The notes beneath the pieces were generated by a model that saw nothing but the letters and a program-made list of their open reading frames with translations, did not search any database and had not been told where the DNA came from. A program made the translations under genes and the position numbers. A stretch of 64,000 bases of DNA from Lingula anatina (Eukaryota > Animalia > Brachiopoda), in assembly GCA_051362555.1 (NCBI GenBank), contig CM120648.1, forward strand, positions 2,829,721 to 2,893,720, given 5' to 3'. The first letter of the stretch is position 1; the number at the start of each line of letters is the position of its first letter. Below, piece by piece: positions 13,501 through 27,802 of this stretch.

Positions 13501-13620
13501 CTTTCTAAAATAAGAAAATCCCTGACTTAGTTACATGTAGCTGATCAGCAGCTCAGAAAGAGCCCATACCCCCCCCCCTTGTTTCCCAGTCAATGGGAAA
13601 GGCAGCTTATAGGAAAGTGC
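13501..13620 (-). promoter_or_regulatory. Candidate promoter and first exon of the IAP gene
   Basis: Strong donor AAAG|GTGAGG at 13501/13500, a TATA-like CCTATAAG near 13610 and a kB-like GGGATTTTCT in the exon. No transcript evidence. Confidence 0.35.
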
Positions 13621-13918
13621 AAAGGATGTTTGGAATGTAAATTAACACCACTGCCCCTGTGTTCTATTGACAAAAAGGCGTCTGTTTGAAAAAGTAGAAA
13701 GAAAACTTCCTCTGTTAACCTTGTGAAGCTATAACCGCAGCTGTCGCCGATCCCCGTCAGCTCTTTGTTTGTTATTCATACTTTATTTTCATTATTTTCT
13801 TTAGCATTCAATTAAAGAGTTTACTTCAAGTAATTGAATTTAACACATGTTTTCACTATATCTTTAAATTTGCTTTTAATATTTGTTGTATATGTTGCAA
13901 ATATTGTACAATTGAACC

Positions 13919-13955
<37 letters not shown>

Positions 13956-15595
13956 CAAATATCATTAATTTCTTTTTCCTTGTGATAAATACATTTTAAA
14001 TCAGATACAAGTATTAAATTTAGAGAATCGGCGCCTGGTGCTACAGTGTATTAATACAGTTTGTTTTATCAGCTTTGGGCAAATAGGACGGAATCACGCA
14101 CAAGAATTTGGTGAGTTACATGTACATATCAGACTGCTTGCATCGAATACAATACTGAATAACGGTGTGGCTGTTGCTCGATGTGGTTTGCAGAAGTTAT
14201 CATGAGTTGTCAGAAAAGAATCTGAAGAACAGTTGATCGTTGTATCGGTAGTATTATAACGCCTTCTTGCTATCCAATTCGTGATCGAAATCCATGGTCA
14301 GCTTAATTACCAATTTATTAAGAGTTGAACTTATTTAGGATATCATCCGGTTAACATAAGGGTGCATAGCTCTCAAAATCAAACAACCTTTTGACAGGAT
14401 AGAGCTCTGAAATACGTAATTTTAATTATCTGTTGAAATTTCCCATGTCACTCTGTTAGCATTGAGGGCTAAGCTGGATCAAGTCCTTGTCAAAGTTCTT
14501 TGAGGCTTTGCAGGATACTCTCCCTTTGTTTCTCTGACTCCTAATTTAGCCCCATGTCTAGATTTTATCTAGTGCCCCCAGGGCTGCTGGAGCTGTTCTT
14601 TGAAAATAACACAGAGGTAGATTTTTACTAGAGATAAATATCGATCGCCATCGAGAGTGCATTGGATTCACTCAAAATAAGGGCCGCCTTAGAGTTGAAA
14701 GGTATTGAAGCCTGAAATTAAGGGGTAAAGGAAGTCCCCCTATTAAAATAGGGCTTCTAAAGGTAACTGGTATTGTTTACCTCAGTCCTGTGAAAGCAAA
14801 CGAGACGGGGTGTCAGAACAATGGTGCGTATCAAATTTATACAGAAGACTTGTACAAACATGTGACTTTAACTTACCATCGAAAGGGATTTTCGATTATA
14901 TTCCATTAAAATTACACTAAACTTATAGAGAATAATATCATGGTTGACCCTCAAAAAGTATACGCACAGTGCATCCGAGCGCATGCTTGGTTACGCCCCT
15001 GTCACATGACAACCCCTGTATGCTTATATGTAACAGTCCATTGTGAGTTAAAACAAGTCCCAGTCTAACATGTACGATCTTTCATCCCTATCCAGTGATG
15101 CTTTAAAGCAACAAATATGCCAAACACGTAAAAGCTGCTGTGTCTATGAGTTAACGTCACACGACACAAGTGAAGCAATAATTAGCTGACTGTAAATTAT
15201 GCAGGCACCACGTACAGCGCGTGATCTGTCGTTTAAATAGGGAAGTACAATACGGAGGGGGGGGGGGCGGGAGAACACGTGGAAAGATATTGACTTGTTG
15301 TTGTGAAAAAGCTAATTTTTACTGCAGTAGTTTTGCAAAAAGACGTTCCCAAATATCTGTTTTCATTTACATACATGATATCAGTAAAACCTCATGAAAC
15401 GAAAATTTGAAAGTTACAGTACTACCGTGTACTGAGATTAACGCCCCTTTGATTTGACAAAGCCAGCACTTTTAATTTATGACCCTGAATACATTATTTA
15501 TGCCCCAAATGCGCACGACTGTCGAAATATTTAAAAGCACCTTAAAACGTTAATGCGAAATGTGTTGTAGGCCTGAAAGTGTAACACTTGCTACA

Positions 15596-17862
15596 CCCTT
15601 ACGAAAATTTCCTATAGGATTCTATAGGATTCCTATAGGATCCTATAGGAAATCTTATAGGATCCTATAGGGCACCTTTCCTATAGGATTTCCTATAGAA
15701 TCCTATAGGAAATTGTTGTAAGTTAAAATCTTGAGAGAAATACATATCTTATAAACAAATATCATTCTAAACAATAGATATTTGATATAGGTCAATTTTA
15801 TCAGTTGAATTGTCAATTATATATCACTATTAAAGCAAAAATGCTTTTTATTGTTTATAATGCACAATCTTATAGTCTTCTATAGGATTCTATAGAAATT
15901 CTTTAATTTCTATTGTAAAGAAATCTTGAAAAATTGATCATTTGTAAAGTAATCTTTTATGGAGAAATATTTTATCATTAGGAATGTTTTTGTACCAAAT
16001 CATTGAAGCTGAAATTATTTTTTTAAATTTATGTTCAGACCATTACAAAAATTCCTATAGGATCCTATAGGAAATCTTATAGGAATTTCTTTAAGAACCT
16101 ATAGGAAATCCTATGCTAATTTATATAGGAATTTTTTATAAGGCCGGGTTGAATGAAAAATAATGAATCTGGTTTAAATATCAGTGTATGATTTTGATTT
16201 TTAGTTTATGTTCAGAACATTATAAAAATTCCTATAGGATCCTACAGGAAATCTTATAGGAATTTCTATAGGAACCTATAGGAAATCCTATGCTTATTCA
16301 TATAGTGATTTTTTATAAAGCAGGGTTGAATGAAAAATAATGAAACTGGTCTTAACATCAGTATATAATGTATTTTTACTTTTTGTGTGATCATATCCAC
16401 TTACTTCATATTTCTTCTATTATACAGGGGTATTGAAAGTCAACCTTATCTAATCAGATTTTACTTGACCTTGGCTGTTTTAAAAAGTGAAAGTGCAATC
16501 CTGCCTTATATATCAAATATAATGTAAAAATATAAGTGAACATTATGGGTATAGTACTGTCCCTCATAAAGGAAGGGAAACGAGGAAAAATTAATATGTT
16601 TATAAAGATACATTTTATTATAAACCATGCTCAATCACTTGTAAGGTTTAACAGTCAACTGAAGTTAGCTAGAGAATGCCCTACTCCACCAGCCATGACC
16701 ACAGATTCAACAACTGTGAATTTCTTTTGTTAGCCTGGCACCTATTATTAGGTCACAACTCCTGTAGCTATTGTTACACTAGTAACAGTAACCGCCTATT
16801 AGGTGTTATCAGATGTGTGGTATCCTATCTAAGTCTTTGTTTATATGAAACAAGCAGCAAATGAGTATACAGCTATCAAGATAGTTTAAATTCAGGAGCA
16901 TAGTGGAAGGGTACAGAGTGTAGAAAAATCGGAATGAGGAAGGTATGTATTACAATAATGCATTGGATCATTTGGGCATCTAATCAAATTGAACATGAGA
17001 TAATTAATTGATCTAATTTGCAGTGTGCCTTGTAAACATGATATTTATATTACATTAAACAAGTTATAATTTATAATGAAGAAACAAAGATACATACTGC
17101 AATCATTGTTTAGTCTCTTTATTTCTTATAAAACTGTGATCAATTGCTCATATTTCTTTTTAATGTTATCCACAACTGCCTCCAAGGGACCATCATGATA
17201 TATAACTGAGAATGACCCATGCTAATATATAACATACAATTAACATGTTAGAGGGCCTGTCAGGGCAAATTTCATTACCTCACAGGTTCTTCAGGATCGT
17301 TTATTTGCTAAGTTTTCTTTCCCTTTAAGTTCTTTTCAACCCTTAATGTGAGGTAAACACCATAGTTTGTTTAAAAATATTTTTGCTAACCTATACATAA
17401 TGGAAATGAAATGTGCATTGTGAAAATCTGACCATTTTGCTTACACAAAAGCTATAAATTTTAACTTGGGGGTTGCTTTTTTGTGGTTTGGACTGATGAT
17501 TTAGGTCAAGCAAAGACTGGTGAGAATAGGGAATTACTGTTTACCCTCAGAAATGAGTTTCTATGAGTTTTTGGGACTTCTTTTGGCCCTGGCAGCTCTG
17601 TAATGGCCAAATTGCATATTTAACCAGAGTAGAGTTTTCTCCACTGCGGATTTCTGCATTTTAAAATTCGTTTCTTATTGTTCCTCTGGGCTTGGTCCTA
17701 TGAAATATGTTCATGTTCTTTATATTTTTTTTTTACAAATTATCCAGCTTTAATACCTTGTCTTTGAAAAAAAATTCAGTTAACTAATAAAGGCTATGAA
17801 TTGCTCAAAATAGAATTGGTGCAATGATTATTATTGATCTCATTAGAAAATTTTCGTAAGGG
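15596..17862. mobile_element. Non-autonomous CACTA/EnSpm-like element
   Basis: Termini are CCCTTACGAAAATT...AATTTTCGTAAGGG, flanked by CA on both sides (2-bp TSD). Many palindromic CCTATAGG subterminal repeats lie at 15600-16300. A related fragment lies near 7970-8060. Confidence 0.7.
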
Positions 17863-18083
17863 CAGGGGCGGATTCAGGATCATTTGAAGGGGGGGGGGGG
17901 GGCGCAAATGAGGAGCCGACCCCCCTCAACTTGGCGCGGGGTTTGGGTCCCGATGAAGGGCCATGAAAAATGTTGGCATTTTAGAGGGCAAACGGTGCCA
18001 TTTGGTACAGTTTAGAACACGTAGTCAAAATTTTAATTTCAAGAGGGGGCCCTCTCCCTGATCCTCTCTCTTAATCTGCCACT
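17863..18083. mobile_element. MITE with CAGGGGCGGA/CAGTGGCAGA termini (related to family C)
   Basis: Starts CAGGGGCGGATTCAGG and ends TTAATCTGCCACTG (imperfect TIR). Confidence 0.55.
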
Positions 18084-20758
18084 GCATTCCCCATTTCATT
18101 TCTGATTTACAGATTCCCTAATCGCTTTTAATTTTGTGTTTACACGTTTGATTTCTTCATTATATTATAATAGCTTATGACCTCATGGAGTCACAAGGAA
18201 AAAAGTCAACGCATACGTTATAACTCGTGTAAGTATCATGACCTTGTGAGCAATCACATAAGTGAGATAATGTATTTATAGTAGCAATCTCAAATGAGGC
18301 CAGTACACAAGTAAAAAGAGCCATGGACATTTCAGTTCGGTATCGCAGATAGCATAAAATATTGGTAATGTGTTAATATACCTAATAGTTCATTTTTTTC
18401 GAATATTTCAGTAGTTTGTATTTATCGTATATTTATGTCACTTATTTTTTTTAGATTTGTACAAAGAAAGAAAAGTAATGTATCATAGTGTCAACGGTAT
18501 CAACGATAGCATCGTGGGGGTCTCTCTGTCACGTTACACCGGAACTGTATTGATAACAACAAAATTAACAGGTGTCCGGCATGAAAGGGTTCCCACCACG
18601 AGCTCGCAGGCTTCCACATGCTTTCGGTTTTGACATGTACGTATCCGTTAAAATTTATCTTAGTAGTCGAATCTCCATATATGAAACAAACGTGACGAAG
18701 TAAAATCTTTTATGTTTTTTTATGCGAAACATAAACGGCCTGCCTGACTGAGGTTGCTCATCAGTGGTTCAACAAGAACCGCCGACACCCCTCCTCCTCC
18801 CCCCTTTAAAGGACAATATTCATATAAAAATCCATTTCTCGAATTCTGAAGATCCAGCACTTAATCTATACGCTACAGTTATATTTTAATCGATCCCCGT
18901 CATTTAAAAATTATAAAAACAATCTATTAGTAGACAAAAAGCGTTTTAGTAAACCTCACCTCAATATGCATAAACGAAGCAACAGATCTGGGTCACGTGG
19001 TACTGTGACGACAATCACGATAAAGGTCTATGAGACTCAACTGAGCTGCATGGTGCATACAGACGGAGAAGTTAAGGAAAGTTGTGTTGAACGGAGTTGA
19101 TGAATTTTCGTTATGCCTCGGTGTGTTGCCGTGGGATTCACCAAAATTGCAGCTCTCGTTGACAATCTTTCTTTGTCTGTGACGGTCTTCCGTGACTTAC
19201 TAACTTCGGTGACAATAGTTGAGATGCTCTAGATCATGGTCACCTCAGGTGGTTTAGATCATATCAAGAGCTGGTAGTCTTTCAGCTTAACTGTCATCAG
19301 TTGGCAAACTTACTGATTGCTGATGCATTTTAAATGCATTGTAGTTGACCAAAAGCTCGTTTACAACAAACCTGTTAATTATGCACCGCTGCACTTCCCA
19401 ACCCAGGTAATAACAGGTATCAAAATCGTCTTGGTGGGCTTTCATATTTTTCAAAATATCTCATTTATTTCATGGGGTGATTTTATTGGTATTTGTAAAT
19501 GACGTTTAATATCAATATTTAAACAATTGAGTTCAAACACCGTCGCGAACATTAATAAAAGTAATTGCTCTCAGGGTAACTTGAAGCATGCGTATGCCCA
19601 GGCATTACTTCCGTGGAAGAAAACGTGTTGAAGAACAAACAGAAAAAAGAGCGGTATATTAAAGAAAAAAAATAGGAACTTATGTACTAAAATGGTTCGT
19701 AATCCTAATTCGTTTATGCTTTGAGGATTTGTTTCTGAATGTTATTTCATCTAAAGTATAAAATAATTTAAAAGACTTATCATTTTATACCTTGAAATAC
19801 AAGTTCTGCGTCTGTACACAAAACTTTTTGCAAATTTGTATGCTTTGTCAAACCCAAAAACATGTAGCAGATCAAGGTAAAAGAGCATTGTTTGCTATAA
19901 GTAGCATGGGAAAAATCATTACTTGAATGTTTACTAAATGTGCAGTTTTACATACGTGAGTATAAAAAATTAAAAAATTCCAAGCACGCACAGCAAAATG
20001 TAGACTAACGCAAAACATCAAGAACAGCGTAATCTCAGCAAATGTGCCCCATATAGTAGCTTAATTTCCATTAATAATAAAATAATCATTTAAGTCAAAA
20101 ATTTTCTGTCGATTTAATAAATGTTCTAATTTATCCAGAACGGTATATTTATTTAAGAGGAGGCTAACTGAAATATAGTTTTATTATTTGTTTATTTTGT
20201 ATTTGAAAATTACCCATGTCACCCTGTTAATTAGAAGGTCTAAGCTGGATCAAGTCCGTGCTAAAATTCCTATGAAGCTGTGCAGGAAAAATTCTTCCTT
20301 TGTTTCTCTAGCTCCTCAATAAACCCGGTGTTCAGATTTTATCTAGTACCCCCAGGTCTGCGGGAGCTGCTCTTTGAAACTAAAGCATTTTTTTTTTACC
20401 TGAGATAAATATCGCCAGCCATTTAACCCTCTAATTAAGAGGTAAAGTAAGTTCCAGTTAGATGGATGATTAAGATGGGACTTGTAAAGGTAACGGGCAT
20501 CGTTTACCTCAGTTTAAGAAAAGTATCCAAGACGGAGTGTCAGCGGTTTAATAAAATTAATCATATGCAATAATCCACAGTACCCTTTACTCATTCAAAT
20601 GCAGTGTTTTATACAACTTGGGATAACCATAATTAAATGCTCGTTAAAGAATTGACTAGACGGGAATGGTTTTACACAGCTTCATGAGGATTTAGATCCC
20701 TCAGGTAAGAGATTTGAATGAGTATTAACTTTTATCAGAAGCCAGAGAAGTCATCTTA

Positions 20759-20970
20759 TACCCCCTTTACACTGGGAGGCGTCCTTTCTGCGACCATGAA
20801 ATTTGGCATCGCTGTGGTTTTAATAAGGAGGAACGAGTATTGATTTTGTATCAGAATGAATGGTCAATGATCGGCCAGCTGTCGACACGTAAAGTATTAT
20901 AATTTTTTAACTCTCAAATGGGGCCGTACTGCTGGACGCAGAAAGGACGCCGTCTATTGTAAAGGGGGCT
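20759..20970. mobile_element. MITE family B (PIF/Harbinger-like)
   Basis: TIRs CCCCCTTTACAC.../...GTAAAGGGGG with TTA on both flanks. A near-identical copy lies at 56068-56289. Confidence 0.85.
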
Positions 20971-21807
20971 TTACAGGTAGACAATGCAGCTCAGTTTGAC
21001 AGCTAAGCACGCTCTGTTCTCCAGTGGCTCGATTGTCGTCATCGGACCACGTGACCACGTAGCTCATTAACTCCCAGGCCGAGCAAATAGGACGTTTTTT
21101 AAAGCCAAAAATTTACAAAATGAGCTTTTAATTTGTGTATTTGGATAAAGATATCGTTAGTTGGGCATGTTTTCTGAAGAATATGTTCCGTTGAGGCCAT
21201 TCTGACGGTATGAAGCAAATCCTTTAATTTGTATCCTGTTTGCCAGTTATTGGGGGAGGTAACTCAGAGCAAAGACCAAAGGGTATTTGGAAGGTTAACG
21301 TACAAAGCTTGTGCATCGCCTTTGATCTGTTAACACAGCCTTTGTTTGGAAAAAAATGTTCTTAACCTTGTGAAGATATAATCACTTTAGTATTTTCTTT
21401 ATCATTAATTTTAATAATTATATTCATTAATGGTCTAAAATGCATAGAAATGTTTATAAGACTTTACAGGGGTAAAATGAGCAGAGTAAGATGATTAAAT
21501 TAAACGGTACAACACTAACTTCAGTTTCTCTTTGTTCTTATTCCCTTTTATTAAAGGTCACGTAGCTAGAAAGAGATACACAGTGACGAGAGAAGAAGAA
21601 TAATCATCATAATTTTATTCATAGTTATGTCTGACTATATGAAGACTATAAGGGCGGCGATGATATTTATACATGTACCAAGAGAGACAGGAAAGATGAC
21701 CAATCAGAATGAGACAGCACGAAATAACGCCCACGTGACGAGACGTGGCGCGACTTGAAGCTTTTATATCGGGTATCAGAGATATGTTATTGTTAATAAA
21801 TAGAAGC

Positions 21808-21976
21808 CAGGGGCGGATCCAGAAATATTTCCTGACAGTCTTCCATATTATATTTGGTTATCCATTTTCCATTTTTGACCGTCTTCCGACAGAAAAAATT
21901 AGATACCCTTCAATGTAAACTAGAAAATCTGACCGTCTTCCGGAAGACCCAGAAGACGGCCTAAATCCGCCCCTGG
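21808..21976. mobile_element. MITE family C
   Basis: TIR CAGGGGCGGAT...ATCCGCCCCTG with GAAGC on both flanks. An inverted copy lies at 25262-25428. Confidence 0.8.
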
Positions 21977-24900
21977 AAGCAGTAGGTCTGCTGACACATA
22001 TATCAGTAGAAACATGTACATATATGTTTAACAGGAACAGGTTATAAGAATATAAGTTTCCTATGTAATACTGCCCTCTCTCCCCCGGATATGTTTATAC
22101 ACATCATGAATACAAAAGAAATGGATGTGATTACGCCCCTCCTCATATGGAGAAGAGAGTAAGCCTTTCTGCGCATGTCCAAACCAGATCATAGTACCAG
22201 TGTGAGACCCGTTATGTATGCGCTGTCAGCAGAGACTGGGCGTGTAGATCAAACCTGGTAAATTGATTATGGAATGCGACACTGATTTCAACAATTGCTA
22301 ATCTATATCAGTCATTCTTTGCTAGTGGTGCACTGCAGGGGGGCCATAACAAGAATGTTATTTAAATTTAGATAGCCAACCAAATTCTCATGACATCGTT
22401 GTGTATGTTTCAATAACAAATCAAAGAAGCTGCATGAGCAAGGAGGATGTTGTTATAAAAGCAAAAAAAATAGAAAAAGCAGAAAAAATATCGAAATAAC
22501 CCTCAAAATGGCGTCCTTTTTCTGTGGAATTTTGACCCTACCTCTATTTAAGAACAGTTTGTTTAGGGTTTGAATGGATTATTGAAGCAGGAAATACATC
22601 TACTGCAAGAAGATATAATAAACAGAATGTGCAAATTGTTATTTAAATAAAAATTTATTTGAAGTCACTGAAAAATGATCACAAAATTAGCTTAACTTAC
22701 GATACATGCGGTGTCCCACCCCGATGAAAATTTCATCTAATCCTATCTTTCCGTATTAAAACTGTTCAATCGTCCAAAGTAGTATGTCGGTTAGTTTGTG
22801 TCACGAAGTCCATGATAATATCAGTTTTCTTAAGAATTTCACATTTATTGCTCAGCAAGGTCGATTTTTCTTCACCGCGTCCCAATATAACGTTCGCAAC
22901 GCTGAAACTTCAGAGATCGATTTTTATCAGACGACTTTAAAATGCCGCGTGAAAATTATACATCGATAGCGATCTTCTTCCATACTCACTAACTGATGAC
23001 GTCTTACACACGAATGGCTTCTTTTGCACACTAAAAAAACCAGCTCAAACTGGCGGGTGGCCCATTCTGATAACATATCACGCAATGACGCTGTCGAGAT
23101 AGGATGCAGGGCACAGGTGTAATTCCCTCGATTTAACCGTCACAGGATTGTTTATTGGGATCTTCTTTGTATGAAGGTGAGAAATAATGAGTTTCGTTTC
23201 ATTTTTCTTCAATTGTTTCAACATATTTGTGTACCGATTGATTTTTACCATTCTATAAGTAGGTTGACTTCGTCTGAACTTTCGTTTTGCATCTGTTTCA
23301 CATGGGGGACTAAAGGTCATATTGAACATGGTGACGCGGTGATACCGTATTCATGTTCTCTTGTTCTCGAAAACTCAGTCATCGAAATTGAATTACTTTT
23401 TTTAGTTTTGTCTTAAATTAAGCTGCTACACTGTATTCCGTGCGTTTAAAATTTAACCGTCTGTAAAAACAGCAATAATGGATTACTAGCAACACTTACG
23501 TTACGCAATGAAGCACCGAAAATGGGTGAAGAAAATGTGTCTCAGTAATGCGTGTTTGCCACTCATAATGCACTGTACTTTGTTTGAATAAGCAATAAAC
23601 TATTTGTGATCTTAGGTTATCCATTGTTCGTTATCAGAGTTAACAGATTCTTTGTGTGAATTTTTTTCAGAATCCCAAGAGTGGATGCCTTAGTGAGCAC
23701 AGAACAGATATCACCATTGGTCTACATATGTCAGGAAGAATGTTATAATTATGAACTTTGTGTTACACTGAACTTCATTTTGTTAAATTTTGTATTTAAC
23801 TGAACTTTATTGTGTTAAAATAATAATAAAAAAATAATAGTTCTGATAAAAAACTACAATCTGGAACATTCTTTAGATCAACTTTGTTCAGTGTGTGTCC
23901 CATATGACAGAGTTACAGTAAATAAAATATGTGCATTATTCCTCTGTGTTTGTCAATTCCATTTTAAAAGCATGTGAAAGTGGTGTGCCCCTCATGAATG
24001 AAGTGTGTATGGATAATAGCAAAAATATTGTTATTATTTACATGATTATAAAAAGTTTTTGTACCCGCGTCAATAACGTTACCGTGACCCACATATTCAC
24101 CATTTTTATTAATTATGAAATGTGGATTAAATTCTTCCAAACCAGTTTTGAAGCATTGAGACAACACCCCCTTATGATTTAAACTAAAACTGAAAACATT
24201 CCATTAGACTTTCATTAGTTTGTGCAAAATATATTACCCAGGGTAACGCGTCTTGGATTTGGTGGGTATAGCTGTTCAACTGTCCTGTGTGCCCTAAAAA
24301 GGGCAGCTGCTGTTTCCCTTTTTATGAAATGATAAACTGTGATGGTGTAGCTATCACATCGCAAAATTACAGCTTCCCAGAGAAAGTTTGAAATTTTCGG
24401 TCAAATTCAACATTTTGTAACCACTAGCAAAGAATGACAGATATGTATATATATATATATTTATTTATCTATTTATTTGTCTGTTCTATGTTCTAGCCAC
24501 TAATATCGTATTGTAATTGATTGTACCTTTATGTGAAGGTGTTTGTCAATAAAGAATCTGAATCTGAATCTATAAGATGATGATATTTCTGATAATGGGA
24601 CTATTAACATTACCACTATATTTCAGTACGGCTATATACAGTTTGTACCATGAACTTTAGGTAAATAGAAGGGAACCACGCACATGTACATTTCTATATC
24701 TAAACTGTTGAAAATGTAAAAGCACCCTAAACTACTACTCTGACAGGTGTAGTCCGCCCGAAAGTGTAGCACTTCCTACAGTAGTTGGTAATCTTGGCCA
24801 TATGAAATTAAGCCTGAATTGAAAACGAAGTTAAAGCTGGAGATATACGCCTATATATTTGAAAGCCCAGTATATCTAGATATGTTTTATGAAGTGAGGA

Positions 24901-25261
24901 TGCTCATCAGTACACATTTGACTTTTACTGTACACTTACCGACTTTTTCAAACAGCTGCCACCTCCGAGCGAGCGGGAAGAAATAGGACCATACATTAGG
25001 CCAGTAAACGAGTATACACGATACTTCCCCCTCAATTTGGTGACAAATTTTTTCTGAACTAATTCCGGCCCTTTGAAGGCCAAACATAGCCAAAGAAAAT
25101 TCTCCATGAATCCCCCATGGCAGAGTATCGTTTTCCACAAAAATCCAAAATGGCCTCAATTGAATGGGGTGGGACACCTTGAGTGACCGGGAAGAAAATC
25201 ACCTTCCTGTACATAAACTCTCTAGGTCACGCGTTGTATCTGGTCATTCTATGGTATTAAA

Positions 25262-25428
25262 CAGGGGCGGATTTAGGGCGTCTTCTGGGTCTTCCGGAAG
25301 ACGGTCAGATTTGTCAAGTTTACATTGACGGGTATCTAATTTTTTCTGTCGGAAGACGGTCAAAAATGGAGGATGGATCAACAAAGATAAATTGGAAGAC
25401 TGTCAGAAAATAACTCTGGATCCGCCCC
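25262..25428. mobile_element. MITE family C (inverted copy)
   Basis: Reverse complement of 21808-21976. Confidence 0.8.
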
Positions 25429-27470
25429 AATTTTATTTTTAATATAATTTTCATAATAGTGACTATTTTTAACAATAAAGAGTAAAAACTTTGCATATAA
25501 CTTATTTCTTACATTTATTTAAGTATATAAGATTAAGATATATTTGATTATAAAATAATATATTAATTCTTTTCAATTTTTCCTTCCCAGATAATTTTGG
25601 TACCCATTTTTTAATTTTTTTTCAGTAACTACAAAAGCTAAAAAATTCATATTCATATTACTTCATATTCTCCTCAAACATGATATGGGCCAACAACATA
25701 CGAAAGAAATTTAGATTAGAACCACTTCAATGAAAAAAAAAAAAAAAATAAATAAAAATAATAATAATAAAAAAATAATAATTTATCATGACACCTAGCA
25801 TTGTGGGAGGACATGTGAGGCATTTTGAGTAGACAACAAGAGGTCAAGTGACAAATGATACCTGAACCCTTATGTATTTCAAGATAATCTAGAGCTCAAA
25901 AAAAAAAAAAAAAGTTATAAGACAGAGAATCTCTTTAAACCCGAGACACATTTCATTTGAATAAATACTTTTGAATATATTATAATTTCGACAATTAATT
26001 ATAATTTGATCAATGAATCTGGTAAGAGTTTCTCTTAAATGTCCAAATGCGATTTAAAGATGATCAGAGCAAATGAGAACTCATATCATTGCTAAAATTA
26101 ATAAAAATGTTTGAAGGTGTAACATATATCATAAATTATATATAAATATACATTATTCATCAAACTAATTTTGGTAAATATATCATAAAATATTATTATT
26201 TAGTCTTGTATTCATTTAATTTCGCAACGGACAAAACTTCCTTCCTAGATTCCTACTTGGTTTTCATATGTACAAAATTTTCAAATTAATTAAAAAAAAA
26301 AAAAAAAACACTTTACATATATTAAGAAAATGAAATAATCAAATATTCATATTTTGATTTGATTTTTAAAATGTCTCCACAGACAGAGCAGAGTTTTGGT
26401 TTCAAAGATAAAAGTTGAAATCTCATTTCCATCTTATGTCCTTCCCAGATGCTCACTAACAATTACTATTTTCCGTAACTATTACATTTGTAATCCTAAT
26501 TTTTTTTACCTAAACATAACTCACATATATAGGAACAAACATGCAAAAAAATGGGCTTTTGAACTTTTTTATTTTTTTATAATATTTTCATTTAAAGTGT
26601 CAAATGTCCTTCTTAAACGGCAAAAAATGCCTCGGCCCTATCTCTGACAATATTAATTACGGGTCATATAATTAGAGTGCACTGGGAGTGGAGGTGGGGT
26701 GGGAGCTGAAGGGCATGTGTCGAGTGAAATAAACACAAGACAAGGAAGTTAGGCCTTTCCTACAAAACAAAGTTACTCTCATCACAAATGTAAACTACAT
26801 ATCAACTTTGTCTTTTCATGCTTTTAAACAAAGGTCCTATTTTAGAATAAAAGACATGGGGACCATCGGCATGTGACGATAGTCACGTCCATCATGTTTT
26901 ATTAATCGTTTATTACTACCCTTAACGTTTATCAATATCCTAAAATAACATCGCAAAGGTACGAGAACACGATTATATTAAAGTCTGCCATAGACCTTAT
27001 TGTTGTCAAGTAGGCAGGACCTAGTGACTATTGTGTCTAATCTAAGTCGATGATAATATGGACAATGCACACGTATCCTGCAGGTCGATAAAAAGTATCT
27101 TAAAACCATCAAGGTTTGGAGCACGAACACCCCTATTGTCCACGATTGTGGTCTACTAGTAGACTTCACTATTTTTTTTCTTTTTAACCTTAACAACACT
27201 CAGTTTAAAAGCTAAGTATTACTTCATTCCCATTTACCACAACCCCCCAAAAAGAGAATATTTGATATGACGCAATATAACTGAATACATTAATTAAAAA
27301 AAAAAAAAAAACATCACAAAGGAGCAGTGCAACAACACTATTATATTAAAATCAAGGCTGTCATAGACTTCATTATTGTCAAGGATGCATTGTGTGCTGA
27401 GGGCCTCGTTAACTATTGTGTCTTAACAAGGCAGATAATGCACACATAACCTGTAGGTCTAGCTGGATAA

Positions 27471-27504
<34 letters not shown>

Positions 27505-27589
27505 CATCGAGCGTTAGTACAAAAACATCCCTACTGTACATGTTGACGGTTTACTAGAGCCTTTCTGTAGTCTACTACCGGGTGGTGGC

Positions 27590-27724
27590 AGTAGATAGAA
27601 ATCAGCGCCTGGGTTATATTACCATCGGTGGGAGGATTGTTTGTTTGTTTGTTTGTTTACATCATTGTTTTGAGGGGGTAACTGTGGCTACCAATGTTTT
27701 TTTTAATTGTTTACTTTTTTAATC

Positions 27725-27802
<78 letters not shown>

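Noticed and set aside
19030-19250. Possible remnant coding exon of an IAP paralog
   Set aside because: The open minus frame is short and I could not align it to the IAP protein by eye.
22710-25178. Possible transposon bounded by GGTGTCCCACCCC inverted repeats
   Set aside because: Only 13 bp match, there is no clear TSD, and the internal ORFs show no transposase motif I can recognise.
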